From a bacterium (GTDB taxonomy: Bacteria > Bacteroidota > Ignavibacteria > UBA10030): a DNA stretch of 64,000 nt. Position numbers and translations under genes: made by a program. The notes under the pieces were generated by a model. It had not been told where the DNA came from. It was given only the letters and a program-made list of their open reading frames with translations, and did no database searches. Shown one piece after another: positions 10,017 through 20,614 of this stretch (the first letter of the stretch is position 1; every line of letters begins with the position of its first letter). Location of the stretch: the NCBI GenBank assembly GCA_043803945.1, contig JAZDJN010000016.1, positions 96,001 through 160,000 of the forward strand, written 5' to 3'.

Positions 10017-10427
10017 TTAAACTTCGATTGCATTGAAAATATCTGTATTGCTAAGGATTCCGACGACTTCTTTGCCGTCAAAGACAGGGGCTCTTCTGAT
10101 GCCAGCATGATGGAATATTCTGGCGCAATATTTTAATGCAAGACCCGGGGAAACCATAATGAGCGGCTTGGTCATGATTTCGAAGACTTTAACCTCCTTC
10201 GGATTCTTTCCAGGATCGACGATCTTATTCACCACATCCTTTCGAGTAATAATCCCCCATGCGTCCTCTACTCCCCGCCGATTCACAAGCAGACTTGAGG
10301 TTTTTTTCTCTCTCATCAGCTTAATGGCATCTGCCACAGTCTCCTTCCCATCGATGAAGACGACATTCTTCTTCATGACAGTACCCGCAGTAGCGAACCG
10401 TACAACCTTAAGTGCTTTCTTTGCCAT
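10017..10427 (-). CDS. CBS domain pair protein
   Basis: Two CBS repeats (GIITRKD, GILSNTD); start refined to MAKKALK after an AAGGAG RBS. Confidence 0.85.
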   Translation of the reverse strand: MAKKALKVVRFATAGTVMKKNVVFIDGKETVADAIKLMREKKTSSLLVNRRGVEDAWGIITRKDVVNKIVDPGKNPKEVKVFEIMTKPLIMVSPGLALKYCARIFHHAGIRRAPVFDGKEVVGILSNTDIFNAIEV

Positions 10428-10521
10428 AAAATCTACTCCTTTCTTTGAGTCTGGTACTGCTTCCCTCGTGACCCAGCCGAAGTCACTTTTTTGCCAATTA
10501 ATTTGTGAGTGCTCAGTGTTT

Positions 10522-10580
10522 TTGCCACCAAGGCTTAAAGCCACTAAGTAATATTTTGTGCCATTGTGTCTTCGCGGCAA
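10522..10580. repeat. Short imperfect palindromic REP-like element
   Basis: ttgccaccaaggcttaaagccactaag ... tttgtgccattgtgtcttcgcggcaa. Confidence 0.45.
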
Positions 10581-10622
10581 TATGTCTTATGATACTGTTC
10601 ATCGTCGAGAGTGAACACCTCT

Positions 10623-12857
10623 TTATCGTTCTTCCAGCGCCCGCAACTCGGCATCAGTCTGGCGAAGCCGCAACGCAATGGCATGGGCCAGGCGTGCGAA
10701 GACCTGAACACCAATTGTGGGATTGGATTTGGATAGCACGTTAAATCGTGTGCGAGAGAGGACATAGAGGTCTGTAGGCACTTTTGCCACGACTTCCGCA
10801 GAGCGGGCGCCCCTGTCGAGAAAAGAGAGTTCCCCGAAGAAATCGCCGCGTCCGATCGTAGCAAGGTGATGATATTTTCCTCCTTCCAGTGGTAGCATGA
10901 TCCGGACACTCCCGCGCCGGACCAGAAAAATCTCGTCTCCCACTTCTCTTTGTGAAAAAGCTTTCTCTCCTTCATCGAGTGAGACTTCGAGCATGCATAA
11001 CAATAGCTCGCTCAAGGTATGATTATCAAACTCCCGGAAGAGGTCAAAGTTTTTTATCTCAAGTAATTGCTCTTCACCCTTCTTCTGGACTCCCGTGATT
11101 TCCAGGATTCGTTCTTCTATCCATTCCAGTCCACCGTCCAGGGTTTCCGAGATTATCACACCTGCGCCCTCTTTGACGACACCGAGTTGAGCAAGATAGT
11201 GCGCAAAGTCCCGTTCATCCAAAAGACCAGAAGGCATTCCACTGAAAAGTAATTGTCCTCCGCGTTCTGCAAGCTGAGCATGCATCTGTTCAAAGAGATG
11301 AGCTGCAGTGTAATCCATCGAATGGACTCGCCGCATATCGAGGAGAATATAGCGCTTGGTTCGGAGATCAGGTCCGAGCTGAGAAAAGAGTTGATCGGTG
11401 GTACCAAAGAACAGGTTGCCCTGAAGTTCACAGAAGACACCCTGGTCTCCTTGCTGGTTGAGTATCTCCCGTTCCGATCTCCGACGTCGGGTCTTCGAAG
11501 ATATCTGATTCAGGTAAAGTTTTCGACGAATCACTGAGCCCCGGATCTGATCACGAATGAAGAGCAGAATCGCGAGGGCTACTCCAACAAGCGAAGCTGC
11601 TATCAAATCGACTGTGATCGATACAATGACCACTCCCGCGATTACGGCAAAATCGAGCCGACCCGCTGGAGAGCGCAACAAGCGGAACATCCCCTTGTCA
11701 AACATCCGCCAGGCTATGACAAGCAGTATACCTGCAAGTGCGCCGATGGGAACCCAAGCGATTAACTGACTCAAGAGGAGCAGGGCTAAGATGACAAAAC
11801 CTCCCTCAATGATTCCCGAACGGAAAGTACGCCCGCCGCTGGTGATGTTAACGAGTGTGGGGCCCATGGTTCCAGCACCCGGCATTCCACCGACCATGAA
11901 CGAGGCGAGGTTCCCAATACCCTGCCCGATGAGCTCACGATCTGAATTGTGCCGGCTGCGGGTAAGGGCATCGAGACCGACGCACGTCTTCAGTGTGTCG
12001 ATTGAGAGAAGCACTGAGAGCGTCAGAGCAGGTATAATGATAAGCTGAATCGACCCAAGGTTGATTGACTGTAGAGAAGTGAATCGGCCAGCGACAGCAT
12101 CGAAGAAAGAACCTGAAGTTTGGATTGGCCCGATGACAAGCGGATTGCTGCTGAGGTTCAGCAACGCCGGCGAAAATAGTGCAAGCACGAAATAGGAAAC
12201 AATTCCTCCCCCAAGACCGATTATGGCGGCTGGTACTTTCTTTGTGATACGCGGTGCTGTTCCCATAAGCACTATCGTGACGATACCGACCACAAGCCCT
12301 TCCCATCTCCAGATATCCGGAGAAAAGAATCCTTGAGAGAGTGGAATTCCTTTTGGCAGTCCGAACAGCTTCGGCAGTTGTCCCAGTGCGATAAGAAGGC
12401 CCACGCCTGAGAGGTACCCGGTAACCACAGGGTACGGTATGAACTTGATCAAGCGGCCGCCACCGATGGCACCATAAAGAATTTGAAACGCTGCTGAGAG
12501 CAGAGCGGTCAACGCCAGGAGAGGAAGAATATCTGCCTGTGTCAATCCGGCTCCTGCCTTGCCACCAAGAAGTCCGGCAATCAGAGCAGAGAGAACTGCA
12601 GCGGCCGGGGCACACGGGGCGGAGATCAATCCGCCTGTTCGGCCAAAGAACGGTGCGACGAGTCCGAGGGCAGCTGCACCAAGAATTCCAGCCATTGCAC
12701 CTGCACCTGCAAGCTCAGATCCTATCACCGTGTAGGTGAGGACTCCAAAGGCAATCGATGATGGGAGCGCTACGAGCATCGATGCCAATCCTCCCCAGAG
12801 ATCACCAGTGAATGTCGTTGTCTTCCCTGCAACTTTTTCGGATTGAATGTTCATCAC
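10623..12857 (-). CDS. SulP/SLC26 anion permease with STAS and cyclic-nucleotide-binding domains
   Basis: Hydrophobic TM core (RELIGQGIGN), STAS (LFFG...LDMRRVHSMDYTA), cNMP domain (GDFFGELSFL...RSA). Confidence 0.92.
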   Translation of the reverse strand: MMNIQSEKVAGKTTTFTGDLWGGLASMLVALPSSIAFGVLTYTVIGSELAGAGAMAGILGAAALGLVAPFFGRTGGLISAPCAPAAAVLSALIAGLLGGKAGAGLTQADILPLLALTALLSAAFQILYGAIGGGRLIKFIPYPVVTGYLSGVGLLIALGQLPKLFGLPKGIPLSQGFFSPDIWRWEGLVVGIVTIVLMGTAPRITKKVPAAIIGLGGGIVSYFVLALFSPALLNLSSNPLVIGPIQTSGSFFDAVAGRFTSLQSINLGSIQLIIIPALTLSVLLSIDTLKTCVGLDALTRSRHNSDRELIGQGIGNLASFMVGGMPGAGTMGPTLVNITSGGRTFRSGIIEGGFVILALLLLSQLIAWVPIGALAGILLVIAWRMFDKGMFRLLRSPAGRLDFAVIAGVVIVSITVDLIAASLVGVALAILLFIRDQIRGSVIRRKLYLNQISSKTRRRRSEREILNQQGDQGVFCELQGNLFFGTTDQLFSQLGPDLRTKRYILLDMRRVHSMDYTAAHLFEQMHAQLAERGGQLLFSGMPSGLLDERDFAHYLAQLGVVKEGAGVIISETLDGGLEWIEERILEITGVQKKGEEQLLEIKNFDLFREFDNHTLSELLLCMLEVSLDEGEKAFSQREVGDEIFLVRRGSVRIMLPLEGGKYHHLATIGRGDFFGELSFLDRGARSAEVVAKVPTDLYVLSRTRFNVLSKSNPTIGVQVFARLAHAIALRLRQTDAELRALEER

Positions 12858-12987
12858 TTCTCCGGAATGATCTGTTGAGTGTTAATCGACAACAGTAAAA
12901 ACGTTATAGAGTTTATGGTTCACAATTATCAGGAAACAATTTACAGGTTCAGTTTGGTTTTCCAGATTTCTTTTTCTGGACGTTCCT

Positions 12988-13185
12988 CCCTCACCCTCGA
13001 TGGGGCTGTCCAAAAAGTATTTTCTAGGGCGAAGGCGTCCTCGCCGAGCATAATAATTTCACTATTTCCCTCGGCGACCAGCCCGCCATGCGTTCTGGCG
13101 GGGACGCCTTCGGGTTAGTATTATATTCTCTTTTTAGTCACCCCCTGAGCCCGCCCGCCTGACCGCGTGCGGTCGGGGGTGAGGG
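12988..13185. mobile_element. Nested palindromic element / MITE-like with IS-type ends
   Basis: Outer IR ccctcaccctcg/cgggggtgaggg; inner imperfect IR ggggctgtccaaaaag/ctttttagtcacccc; inner IR cgaaggcgtcctcgccgag/ctcggcga..gacgccttcg; innermost cccgcca/tggcggg. Confidence 0.6.
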
Positions 13186-13380
13186 TTGAGCTATTCTCCT
13201 CCTGCACTCACAAAGCTATTCACGAGTTTGATAAGGAGATATGATTTGTCTAACCATCAGCACAATCCCTCCTTCGGAAGTGTGCCCGATTATTGCTGCG
13301 TCTCAATTCTTTTCGGTTGGAAGGATCAGGAAAAAGAATGATGAGAAGAATCGAGACTAAGTAACCTACTTGTTGATATC

Positions 13381-14682
13381 TCAGGAAATCCGCTTAATGA
13401 CGATCATGGTGATATCGTCTAACTGAAAATTTTTCTCAGCAAATTGTTTGACGTCAGAAACAACCCGGTCGATGATCATGCTTGCGCTGAGGTGAAGATT
13501 TTCCTTCACAATCTGAACCGCGCGTTCCGCACCGAATTGATCTTCATCAACATTCGCCGCTTCTGTGATACCATCAGAAACAATAACAAGGGTGCCGCCG
13601 GGTGGAAAGGTAATACTTTCTTCTTCAAAGGGAAAATCCACTAACAGACCAAGGGGGATACCCCCAACTTCTAAGGAGTATGGATCAAGGTTTGTGGTGA
13701 GCAGGACAGGCCGTTCATGGCCTGCATTTGTGTAGATTAACGTGTGATTTTGAGTATCGAGGATCGCATAAACAATTGTTGCGAATTTATCAGAACCGGT
13801 GCTGTGAAAGAGCAGTTTGTTCGATTTAATCATACACTCTTTTGGTGCATCGGTCAACATCGATTGTCCTCGGAGTGTCGCCTGGAGGTTTGCCATAAGC
13901 AGGGCAGCCGGGAGACCTTTGCCGGATACATCTCCAAGACATATCCCAAGGCGTTGATCTTCAAACTCGATGAAATCGTAATAATCTCCCCCAACCTGCT
14001 TTGCCGGAATCGTCAGAGCTGCGATGTCATATCCCTCTATCTGTGGCAGCGTTTTAGGCAAGAGATCGGTCTGAATTTTTACGGCGAGTTGAACCTCTTT
14101 CATCATCTTCGCAAGAGTTTTTTCCTCTTCATAGAGTCTTGCATTTTCTACCACCTGGGCCGACTGCCCCGTGATGATGGCAAGCAATCGTTGATCGTCT
14201 TCGGTGAATCCGTTTGGCTCTTTCTTGTTGTACACTGTCAACACTCCGATCAATTCCGATTTGATCATCATCGGAACACATAACAGGGAACGGATTGTGG
14301 GTTCAATATGAATCCCTTCAAATCGTGCATCATGATGCGGGTCGTTAAGAACGAGCGGCTTCTTGTTAAGATGCATCCAGCCTAGCATGGCCTGGCAGAG
14401 ATGAAATGCGGGAAGTTCATTCGAGCCCACTTGAGTGCGGATGAGCGTCTTCCCTTCGGCATTTGGCTCCTTCTCAACCAGAGTGATCACACCCTGTTCG
14501 GCATGAACAGCCCGGAGAGAGCGTTTGATAATCGTGTGGATAATTTCTTCGGTACTGGAAAGGGCACCGATGGAACGGGCAAGATCATTCAGGACGGTGA
14601 GTTCTTCAATTGCTCTTTTGAGGCGGTGGTTTTCTTCTTCAAGTGTGTGAACCTGTAGTGAGTCGTCTTTGTGTTCAACCAT
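13381..14682 (-). CDS. GAF + PP2C (SpoIIE/RsbU-type) phosphatase
   Basis: GAF domain followed by VGGDYYD, GDVSGKG, NAGH, SDGITEA and DDIT motifs. Confidence 0.92.
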   Translation of the reverse strand: MVEHKDDSLQVHTLEEENHRLKRAIEELTVLNDLARSIGALSSTEEIIHTIIKRSLRAVHAEQGVITLVEKEPNAEGKTLIRTQVGSNELPAFHLCQAMLGWMHLNKKPLVLNDPHHDARFEGIHIEPTIRSLLCVPMMIKSELIGVLTVYNKKEPNGFTEDDQRLLAIITGQSAQVVENARLYEEEKTLAKMMKEVQLAVKIQTDLLPKTLPQIEGYDIAALTIPAKQVGGDYYDFIEFEDQRLGICLGDVSGKGLPAALLMANLQATLRGQSMLTDAPKECMIKSNKLLFHSTGSDKFATIVYAILDTQNHTLIYTNAGHERPVLLTTNLDPYSLEVGGIPLGLLVDFPFEEESITFPPGGTLVIVSDGITEAANVDEDQFGAERAVQIVKENLHLSASMIIDRVVSDVKQFAEKNFQLDDITMIVIKRIS

Positions 14683-14732
14683 GGTGACCTTAAGGGATTA
14701 ATCTATCCTGTCCATCCATCTTACATTATCTC

Positions 14733-14805
14733 ACATCGATCTACAGGATAATCAGGATGTTTTAGAATACATACTTTATATCCTGTCTATCCTATACATC
14801 CATGT
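14733..14805. repeat. Imperfect palindromic REP-like element (CAGGAT/ATCCTG type)
   Basis: acaggataatcaggat ... atcctgtctatcctatacatccatgt. Confidence 0.5.
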
Positions 14806-14818
14806 TAAATTTTCTCTG

Positions 14819-15700
14819 CTATGAAATTGCTTTTGCTGACTTCAATGTATTCCTCACTAACATCGCAATCGTCATTGGTCCAACACCACCGGGTACGGGT
14901 GTGATCGCTTTTGCTTTCTTCTGGACTGAATCGAAATCCACATCACCAACAATTCTGTAACCTTTTTGGGCTGTTGAATCTTCTATGCGATTGATGCCGA
15001 CATCGATCACAACAACACCCTCCCTCACCATCTCACCGGTAATGATCTGTGGTTTACCGATCGCAGCAATAAGGATATCCGCCTGGAGAGTATATGGCCT
15101 GAGATCATGCACTCCGGTATGAACCATGGTGACAACAGCGTTGGCTCCCTGTTTCTTCTGGAGGAGTATGTTTGCAATCGGCTTGCCGACAATATTGCTC
15201 CGTCCGGCGACGACGACATGTTTTCCTGCAGGATCGTTTCCGCTGCGGAGGAGTAACTCCTGAATCCCTGCCGGAGTGCAGGGAAGAAATGTCTCGAGGC
15301 CAATCATGAGTTTACCGATGTTGATCGGATGAAACCCATCGACATCCTTTGCAGGATTAATGGCCTCAATAATTTTTTGCTCATTGATCTGTTTTGGCAG
15401 GGGAAGTTGAACAAGAATTCCATGGATATCGGTGCAATGATTGAACTCTTCGATCTTCGATAAGATTGTCTCTTCCTTTGTGTCCGCCGGCATTACTTCT
15501 GTGAGAGAGAAGAAACCGACCTCTTCGCAAGCCTTGCCCTTGGAGCGAACGTAGGATTGCGATGCAGGATTATCGCCAACGAGGAGAAAGGCAAGCCCCG
15601 GTGTAATACCTTTTGTTTTCTTGAGAAGTTCGGTTTCGTTCTTCACTTCCCGGCGAATCGCATCCGCAATTGCTTTACCATCGATAATCTCGGCAGACAT
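14819..15700 (-). CDS. folD: Bifunctional methylenetetrahydrofolate dehydrogenase/cyclohydrolase
   Basis: HGILVQLPLP, KDVDGFHP, PCTPAG, GRSNIVGKP, ITPVPGGVGPMT. Confidence 0.97.
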   Translation of the reverse strand: MSAEIIDGKAIADAIRREVKNETELLKKTKGITPGLAFLLVGDNPASQSYVRSKGKACEEVGFFSLTEVMPADTKEETILSKIEEFNHCTDIHGILVQLPLPKQINEQKIIEAINPAKDVDGFHPINIGKLMIGLETFLPCTPAGIQELLLRSGNDPAGKHVVVAGRSNIVGKPIANILLQKKQGANAVVTMVHTGVHDLRPYTLQADILIAAIGKPQIITGEMVREGVVVIDVGINRIEDSTAQKGYRIVGDVDFDSVQKKAKAITPVPGGVGPMTIAMLVRNTLKSAKAIS

Positions 15701-15735
15701 GGATCTCCTCTAAATGCTAGAACGAAAAGTCCATC

Positions 15736-15831
15736 CACGAAGGACACCAAGAACACAAAGGATAAAATGAAAATATAAATAATTTGAATTTTTATCATTT
15801 TACAACTTTTTCTTCGTGTCCTTAGTGGTTA
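15736..15831. repeat. Imperfect palindromic REP-like element (9-mer arms)
   Basis: ccacgaaggacaccaagaacacaaag ... cttcgtgtccttagtgg around an AT-rich spacer. Confidence 0.55.
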
Positions 15832-15861
15832 AATTATTTTCTATCCCTTTCAACCGGGTCC

Positions 15862-16659
15862 CTAGATGAATGAGGGGAAGATGATATGTTCGATTTTTTG
15901 AGCCTTGCCTGTTTCGGTATCGACCCGGATGTGAACGGCACAGAAGCGAACATCGTACTGCGCCATCTCGAATTTATGAGGTGTTTGTGTGACAAATCGT
16001 TTGATAGCAATCTCTTTTTTCATTCCAATCACCGAGTCATACGGACCTGTCATCCCAACATCGGTTATGAATGCAGTGCCGTTGGGTAAGATACGCGCAT
16101 CGGCAGTCGGAATGTGGGTATGCGTACCGACAATTGCACTCACTTTTCCATCCAGATGCCATCCGAGCGCCATCTTCTCCGCGGTGGCTTCGGCGTGCAT
16201 ATCAATAAAGATCACTTTCGTCTCGTTGCTGATTCTCGTTACCGCCCACTCCGCCGCCTTGAATGGATCATCAATGGTCTGCATGTAGGTGCGCCCCTGA
16301 ATATTGATGACGCCAACCTTTCCTTTTTCCTTCAGATCATACACAAGATATCCTCGACCCGGATTCTCGCGCGGATAATTCAATGGACGCAGAATATTTT
16401 CTTCCTTCGAGATTAATGCCCGGGCCTGCCATCGATCCCATAGGTGATTCCCTGTTGTGATAACATGCACACCAAGATCGAACAGGATTTTTGCATCATC
16501 ATCGGAAAGGCCCTTGCCATCGGCGACATTCTCTCCATTGACGATACACAGGTCAATCTGGTATTTCTGCAAATACTGTTTGAGAATTGTCGCTGTGAGG
16601 GTGAGTCCCGGTTTTCCGACAATGTCACCAACAAAAAGAATATTAATATGATGAGCCAA
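15862..16659 (-). CDS. ymdB: TIGR00282/YmdB family metallophosphoesterase
   Basis: GDIVGKPG, NGEN, TGNH, RPLNY, DMHAEATAEK, GTHTH, TDVGMTG. Confidence 0.92.
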   Translation of the reverse strand: MAHHINILFVGDIVGKPGLTLTATILKQYLQKYQIDLCIVNGENVADGKGLSDDDAKILFDLGVHVITTGNHLWDRWQARALISKEENILRPLNYPRENPGRGYLVYDLKEKGKVGVINIQGRTYMQTIDDPFKAAEWAVTRISNETKVIFIDMHAEATAEKMALGWHLDGKVSAIVGTHTHIPTADARILPNGTAFITDVGMTGPYDSVIGMKKEIAIKRFVTQTPHKFEMAQYDVRFCAVHIRVDTETGKAQKIEHIIFPSFI

Positions 16660-16834
16660 GAGTTACTCCACTGTTCATAAAATTACGTCTTGTGTGAATA
16701 ATCTGATAGGATGTTTCTAACTTAGCTGCTGAAACTACGGATGTCAATATAGCGGAATTTGGCTGGAAAAGAAAGAAGCAGGACAGCCCTTAAAGCAACG
16801 ACATGCTCAGCAAAATCATTATCGACAGATCATC

Positions 16835-17413
16835 CTAACGGTGGTTCATGCGATAGAATCGCTGCAGCACAAAGCGATCGACCATGATCAATGCAAGTAA
16901 TGTCCCAAAAGTGAGAAGGAGAACATTGCCTCCCGTATTGCTCGCCGGAAGTTGGATTTTTTTGCTGAAGAGTCTTGAGTATTCCTTTTTGACTGTCTCC
17001 GCTGTTGCGTTATAGAAATTAGAGAAGGAATTCATAACCTGAGAGAGCTGTGTCGGTTTCTGATCTTGCTGCGCTAGTGAGGAAGAGTGAGTGAGAACGA
17101 TACTGATGATAGTGAGAACCAGTCCCATTCCCAAAAAATATCCAAGATTATCCAGCAATTTTCTCGATAGAGAATGCTTGGTTGAGGGTGCAACGACCGC
17201 CATTATTCTGGAGGTAAAACTGGAAGGCACTTGAAGGAGAGGAGCTCGATGTGCGGCCTCATTAACTTTTCTGTACAATTCCAATTCTTGACGGCATCGG
17301 GAGCATTGGTCGAGGTGGAGCAGCACCTTCCGGCGATCACCGTTGACCGTCGTTTCATCGAGAAATTGGAGTATGTCATTTGTCGATAAATGATTCATTT
17401 CACTATCCTTCAC
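16835..17413 (-). CDS. Zinc-binding anti-sigma factor (zf-HC2) with TM segments
   Basis: HL...HLDQCSRC motif, two TM helices; coupled to the upstream ECF sigma. Confidence 0.8.
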   Translation of the reverse strand: MKDSEMNHLSTNDILQFLDETTVNGDRRKVLLHLDQCSRCRQELELYRKVNEAAHRAPLLQVPSSFTSRIMAVVAPSTKHSLSRKLLDNLGYFLGMGLVLTIISIVLTHSSSLAQQDQKPTQLSQVMNSFSNFYNATAETVKKEYSRLFSKKIQLPASNTGGNVLLLTFGTLLALIMVDRFVLQRFYRMNHR

Positions 17414-17997
17414 TAACCGAACACATGAGAGATGGAACCAAGGCGTTCGACAATCGCTTCCTTCAGCATCATCCGGGCTCTAAAGAGACGTGCTTTTACT
17501 GTACCTAATGGCAACCCAGTCACTTCAACGATTTGTTCGTAGCTCATATTTTGTACGATGAACAATGTAAAGAGTGAACTATAGTGAGCGGGAAGTTTCT
17601 CAATCTCTTCATACAGAATTTCTTCAAATTCTCGCGATTCGTACTCCGCATCCGGCTGAGCATCTTCTGAGGGTAATTCGATGAATCTCTCATCCTCGTT
17701 CTGCTGTTCGATTGAAACATGGATGCTTTGTTCTCTGCGAGATAACGCTGTTGCACAGACATTATAGACTATCCGATAAAACCAGGTAGAGAAGCTTGAT
17801 TTCCGTTCGAACTTCGGTAACGCATGAAATGCTCTGATAAAAGCATCCTGAAGTGCCTCTTCGGCATCCTGATGGTTCTTGAGCATACGCATCGCCAATG
17901 TCATAGCCCGGTCTTTATGCTTATCGACCAGTTCGGCATACGCTTTTTTTTCACCAGCGAGTATTCGCTGGATTATGGAATAATCCTTATCTGGCAT
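17413..17997 (-). CDS. ECF RNA polymerase sigma-70 factor
   Basis: DAEEALQDAF, FSTWFYRI, MSYEQI...GTVKARLFRAR; start refined to MPDKDY. Confidence 0.93.
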   Translation of the reverse strand: MPDKDYSIIQRILAGEKKAYAELVDKHKDRAMTLAMRMLKNHQDAEEALQDAFIRAFHALPKFERKSSFSTWFYRIVYNVCATALSRREQSIHVSIEQQNEDERFIELPSEDAQPDAEYESREFEEILYEEIEKLPAHYSSLFTLFIVQNMSYEQIVEVTGLPLGTVKARLFRARMMLKEAIVERLGSISHVFG

Positions 17998-18146
17998 AGG
18001 TATCGTGAGCAGTCTCTGCTGCACTCTATTTGACCAGAAAAAAAACTTAAGGTTTCGGAAATTTGTTGAAACCTTGATAATAAATCTCAAGTCAAAGGTA
18101 GCAAAGGAAGCAACGAACAGCAACCACATCTATCATTGGAGGACCT

Positions 18147-18503
18147 ATGGAAGAAGTCTTAGTACCTATAACAATATTCGGCGGACTTGCCGTTGTTTTA
18201 ATCGTCTATTTTAACAATCAACATCGTGAGCGCATGGCGATGATCGAAAAAGGATTGAACCTTGCAGATGCGAAGGGCACTCCCTTACGTGAAATGTTCA
18301 GGCTTAATCCACTGTCGTCGCTAAAATGGGGGCTTCTTGCCCTCTTCATTGGGGTTGGCTTCATTGTTGGAATTTATCTCCACAATTATTATTCCGTCGA
18401 TGAATCAATTTTCGCCGCCCTCATGTTCTTCTTTGGCGGTTTGGCACTCATTATCTTCTATTTCTTCGCCACGAAAAAAATGAAACAGGAAGAGAATAAA
18501 TAG
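18147..18503 (+). CDS. DUF6249-like membrane protein
   Basis: HRERMAMIEKG motif plus three TM helices; divergent from the ECF sigma; GGAGG RBS. Confidence 0.75.
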   Translation: MEEVLVPITIFGGLAVVLIVYFNNQHRERMAMIEKGLNLADAKGTPLREMFRLNPLSSLKWGLLALFIGVGFIVGIYLHNYYSVDESIFAALMFFFGGLALIIFYFFATKKMKQEENK

Positions 18504-18539
18504 CCTTCTAGATTTCTTTCTCCAGTATAATTATTCACG

Positions 18540-18568
18540 AAAGGCCGGATGCAAAATCCGGCCTTTTT
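18540..18568 (+). terminator. Rho-independent terminator
   Basis: aaaggccggat-gcaaa-atccggccttttt stem-loop with T-run. Confidence 0.8.
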
Positions 18569-18803
18569 ATTTTATTTTTGAATGGAGAAATGGGTACATT
18601 GAAACAGACTGTAGAGGAACTTATGTTGGTTATCTGCATACAACATAAAGGAAATTACCCTACGGATTCCTGAATAGAACCACTTGAGAAGGGTATTACC
18701 ACCAACCGGGAGCGCAGGTTGATCCCAGAATATTATTATTCCGATATTGTCTGGCGTCACACTTCTGGCGCAATATTGTATACGATAAAGGAGACTATTC
18801 TCT

Positions 18804-20567
18804 ATGAATATCGATCGTTCCCATAACAGAAGCACCAATATTTTGCTGCCATTGTGCCTCTCGATTCTAATTTGTTCCTCTCAGCTTTTCGGACAGACTT
18901 CACTGGATGGGTACTGGGAAGGGGCAATCAAGATTATGAATCAGGAAATAAAGATCCTCGTTCATTTCCAGAGCGAGACGAAAGCCTTGATCGATGTGCC
19001 TCAACAGGGAGCAAAAGACCTGGAGCTAAAAAATGTTGCAAGGAACGGGGATAGTATCCACTTCGAATTACCCTCGGGATTGGGGCAAGCGCGATTTGAT
19101 GGAGTCATAAAAGAAAAATCAATCACCGGTGATTTCTCTCAAGGGGGAGCCACAGGAACATTCTTCCTGAACCGCAGCACTCCTCCAAAACCCGATATTG
19201 CAGTGGAAGCACCAATTCCACTTCGTCCAATCATCGGTACATGGAATGGTGCCGTTCAGCTCGGAGAGATGGATCTCATTATGATTGTTGAATTCAGCTA
19301 TACTTCAAATGGCCTGAAGGCAGCAATCGATCTTCCGCAGCAAGGGGCAAAGAGTTTACCGCTTTCGAAAGTTTCGTTCGAAAATCCTAAAGTACATTTT
19401 GAATTGGTGGCCGGACCCGGGCTCGCAATCTTCGAGGGCGAGTTAAAAGGTGATTCTCTCCTCGGACAATTTTCTCAGAGCGGGATCATCGGCCCATTCA
19501 AACTTGGCAAGGGAGCACTCAAGGAAGCTGCGAAGGAACCACCTCCGCCCTACAAGCAGGAAGAAGTAGTTTTCCATAACGACAGTACTACCCTGGCAGG
19601 AACATTAACCCTGCCAGTAAATCAGGGGAAGCATCCGGCCGTCGTCATGATTACCGGCAGCGGGGCACAAAATCGAGATGAAGAGCTTCTTGGATTTAAG
19701 CCGTTCAAGATTATTGCAGATTATTTTACGCGGCATGGTATCGCTGTTCTCCGTTATGATGACCGCGGCATTGGTGGTTCAAGCGGAAATACCATGGCAT
19801 CCACCACGAGCGATTTCGCAAACGACGCACTCGCGGCTGTGGCGTATCTGCAATCGCGCTCCGATATCAATCCGAAACAGATCGGCATGTGCGGGCACAG
19901 CGAGGGTGGAATTGTCGCACCATTGGCCGCATCCCGCTCAAGCGATGTTTCCTTTATCATCCTGATGTCCGGTACCGGTGTCGATGGCGGGACCATCATT
20001 CTTGCCCAGACTGAGCTCATCATGAAAGCAGAGAAGGCAGGCGAATCCGAAATCAAAGAAAGTCTGGATTTATCCAGACGGATGTTTCAGGCGTTTCGCG
20101 AAGAGAAACCTCTCACGTCGTTCTCCGAAGAGCTCTCCATCCTGACGAGAAAAGGGCTTGACAAGATGAAACCGGAACAGCGCAAAGCAATTACCAAACC
20201 AGAGGAGTACGTTGCACAACAGGTAAAGACGCAATTACTTTCATTCGCTTCTCCCTGGATGAAATACTTTCTCCGATATGATCCGGCACCGGCTCTTGAG
20301 AAAGTGCACTGCCCGGTGCTGATGTTGTTCGGAGAACTCGACCTTCAAGTTCCGACAGAATTGAATAAACCGAAGATGGAGGCCGCCTTAGCACGAGGGG
20401 GTAATACAAAGGTCACAACCAAAGTTTTTCCAAAGGCTAACCATCTCTATTTAGCGGCAACGACAGGCAGCCCATCAGAATATGCAACGATGAAAAAAGA
20501 ATTTGTTCCGGGATTCCTCGAAACAATGAGCACGTGGATCCACCAGCAAGTTTCGTCGCGACAATAA
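18804..20567 (+). CDS. Secreted alpha/beta-fold hydrolase (S9/S33-like) with duplicated N-terminal beta domains
   Basis: Signal peptide; two ..W.G....G..L repeats; ITGSGAQNRDE, GHSEGG nucleophile, DLQV, NHL. Confidence 0.85.
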   Translation: MNIDRSHNRSTNILLPLCLSILICSSQLFGQTSLDGYWEGAIKIMNQEIKILVHFQSETKALIDVPQQGAKDLELKNVARNGDSIHFELPSGLGQARFDGVIKEKSITGDFSQGGATGTFFLNRSTPPKPDIAVEAPIPLRPIIGTWNGAVQLGEMDLIMIVEFSYTSNGLKAAIDLPQQGAKSLPLSKVSFENPKVHFELVAGPGLAIFEGELKGDSLLGQFSQSGIIGPFKLGKGALKEAAKEPPPPYKQEEVVFHNDSTTLAGTLTLPVNQGKHPAVVMITGSGAQNRDEELLGFKPFKIIADYFTRHGIAVLRYDDRGIGGSSGNTMASTTSDFANDALAAVAYLQSRSDINPKQIGMCGHSEGGIVAPLAASRSSDVSFIILMSGTGVDGGTIILAQTELIMKAEKAGESEIKESLDLSRRMFQAFREEKPLTSFSEELSILTRKGLDKMKPEQRKAITKPEEYVAQQVKTQLLSFASPWMKYFLRYDPAPALEKVHCPVLMLFGELDLQVPTELNKPKMEAALARGGNTKVTTKVFPKANHLYLAATTGSPSEYATMKKEFVPGFLETMSTWIHQQVSSRQ

Positions 20568-20614
20568 CGTTCAATTCCTATTCAACGATTCTTCACTAAC
20601 AAGAAAGACTCTCT

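Noticed and set aside
10440-10500. c-di-GMP-I riboswitch upstream of the CBS gene (GGCAAA + hairpin)
   Set aside because: It lacks the GAAA tetraloop and GACGCAAAGC core
16835-18503. ECF sigma / anti-sigma / divergent DUF6249-like trio as a novel system
   Set aside because: The arrangement is common in Bacteroidota-group genomes
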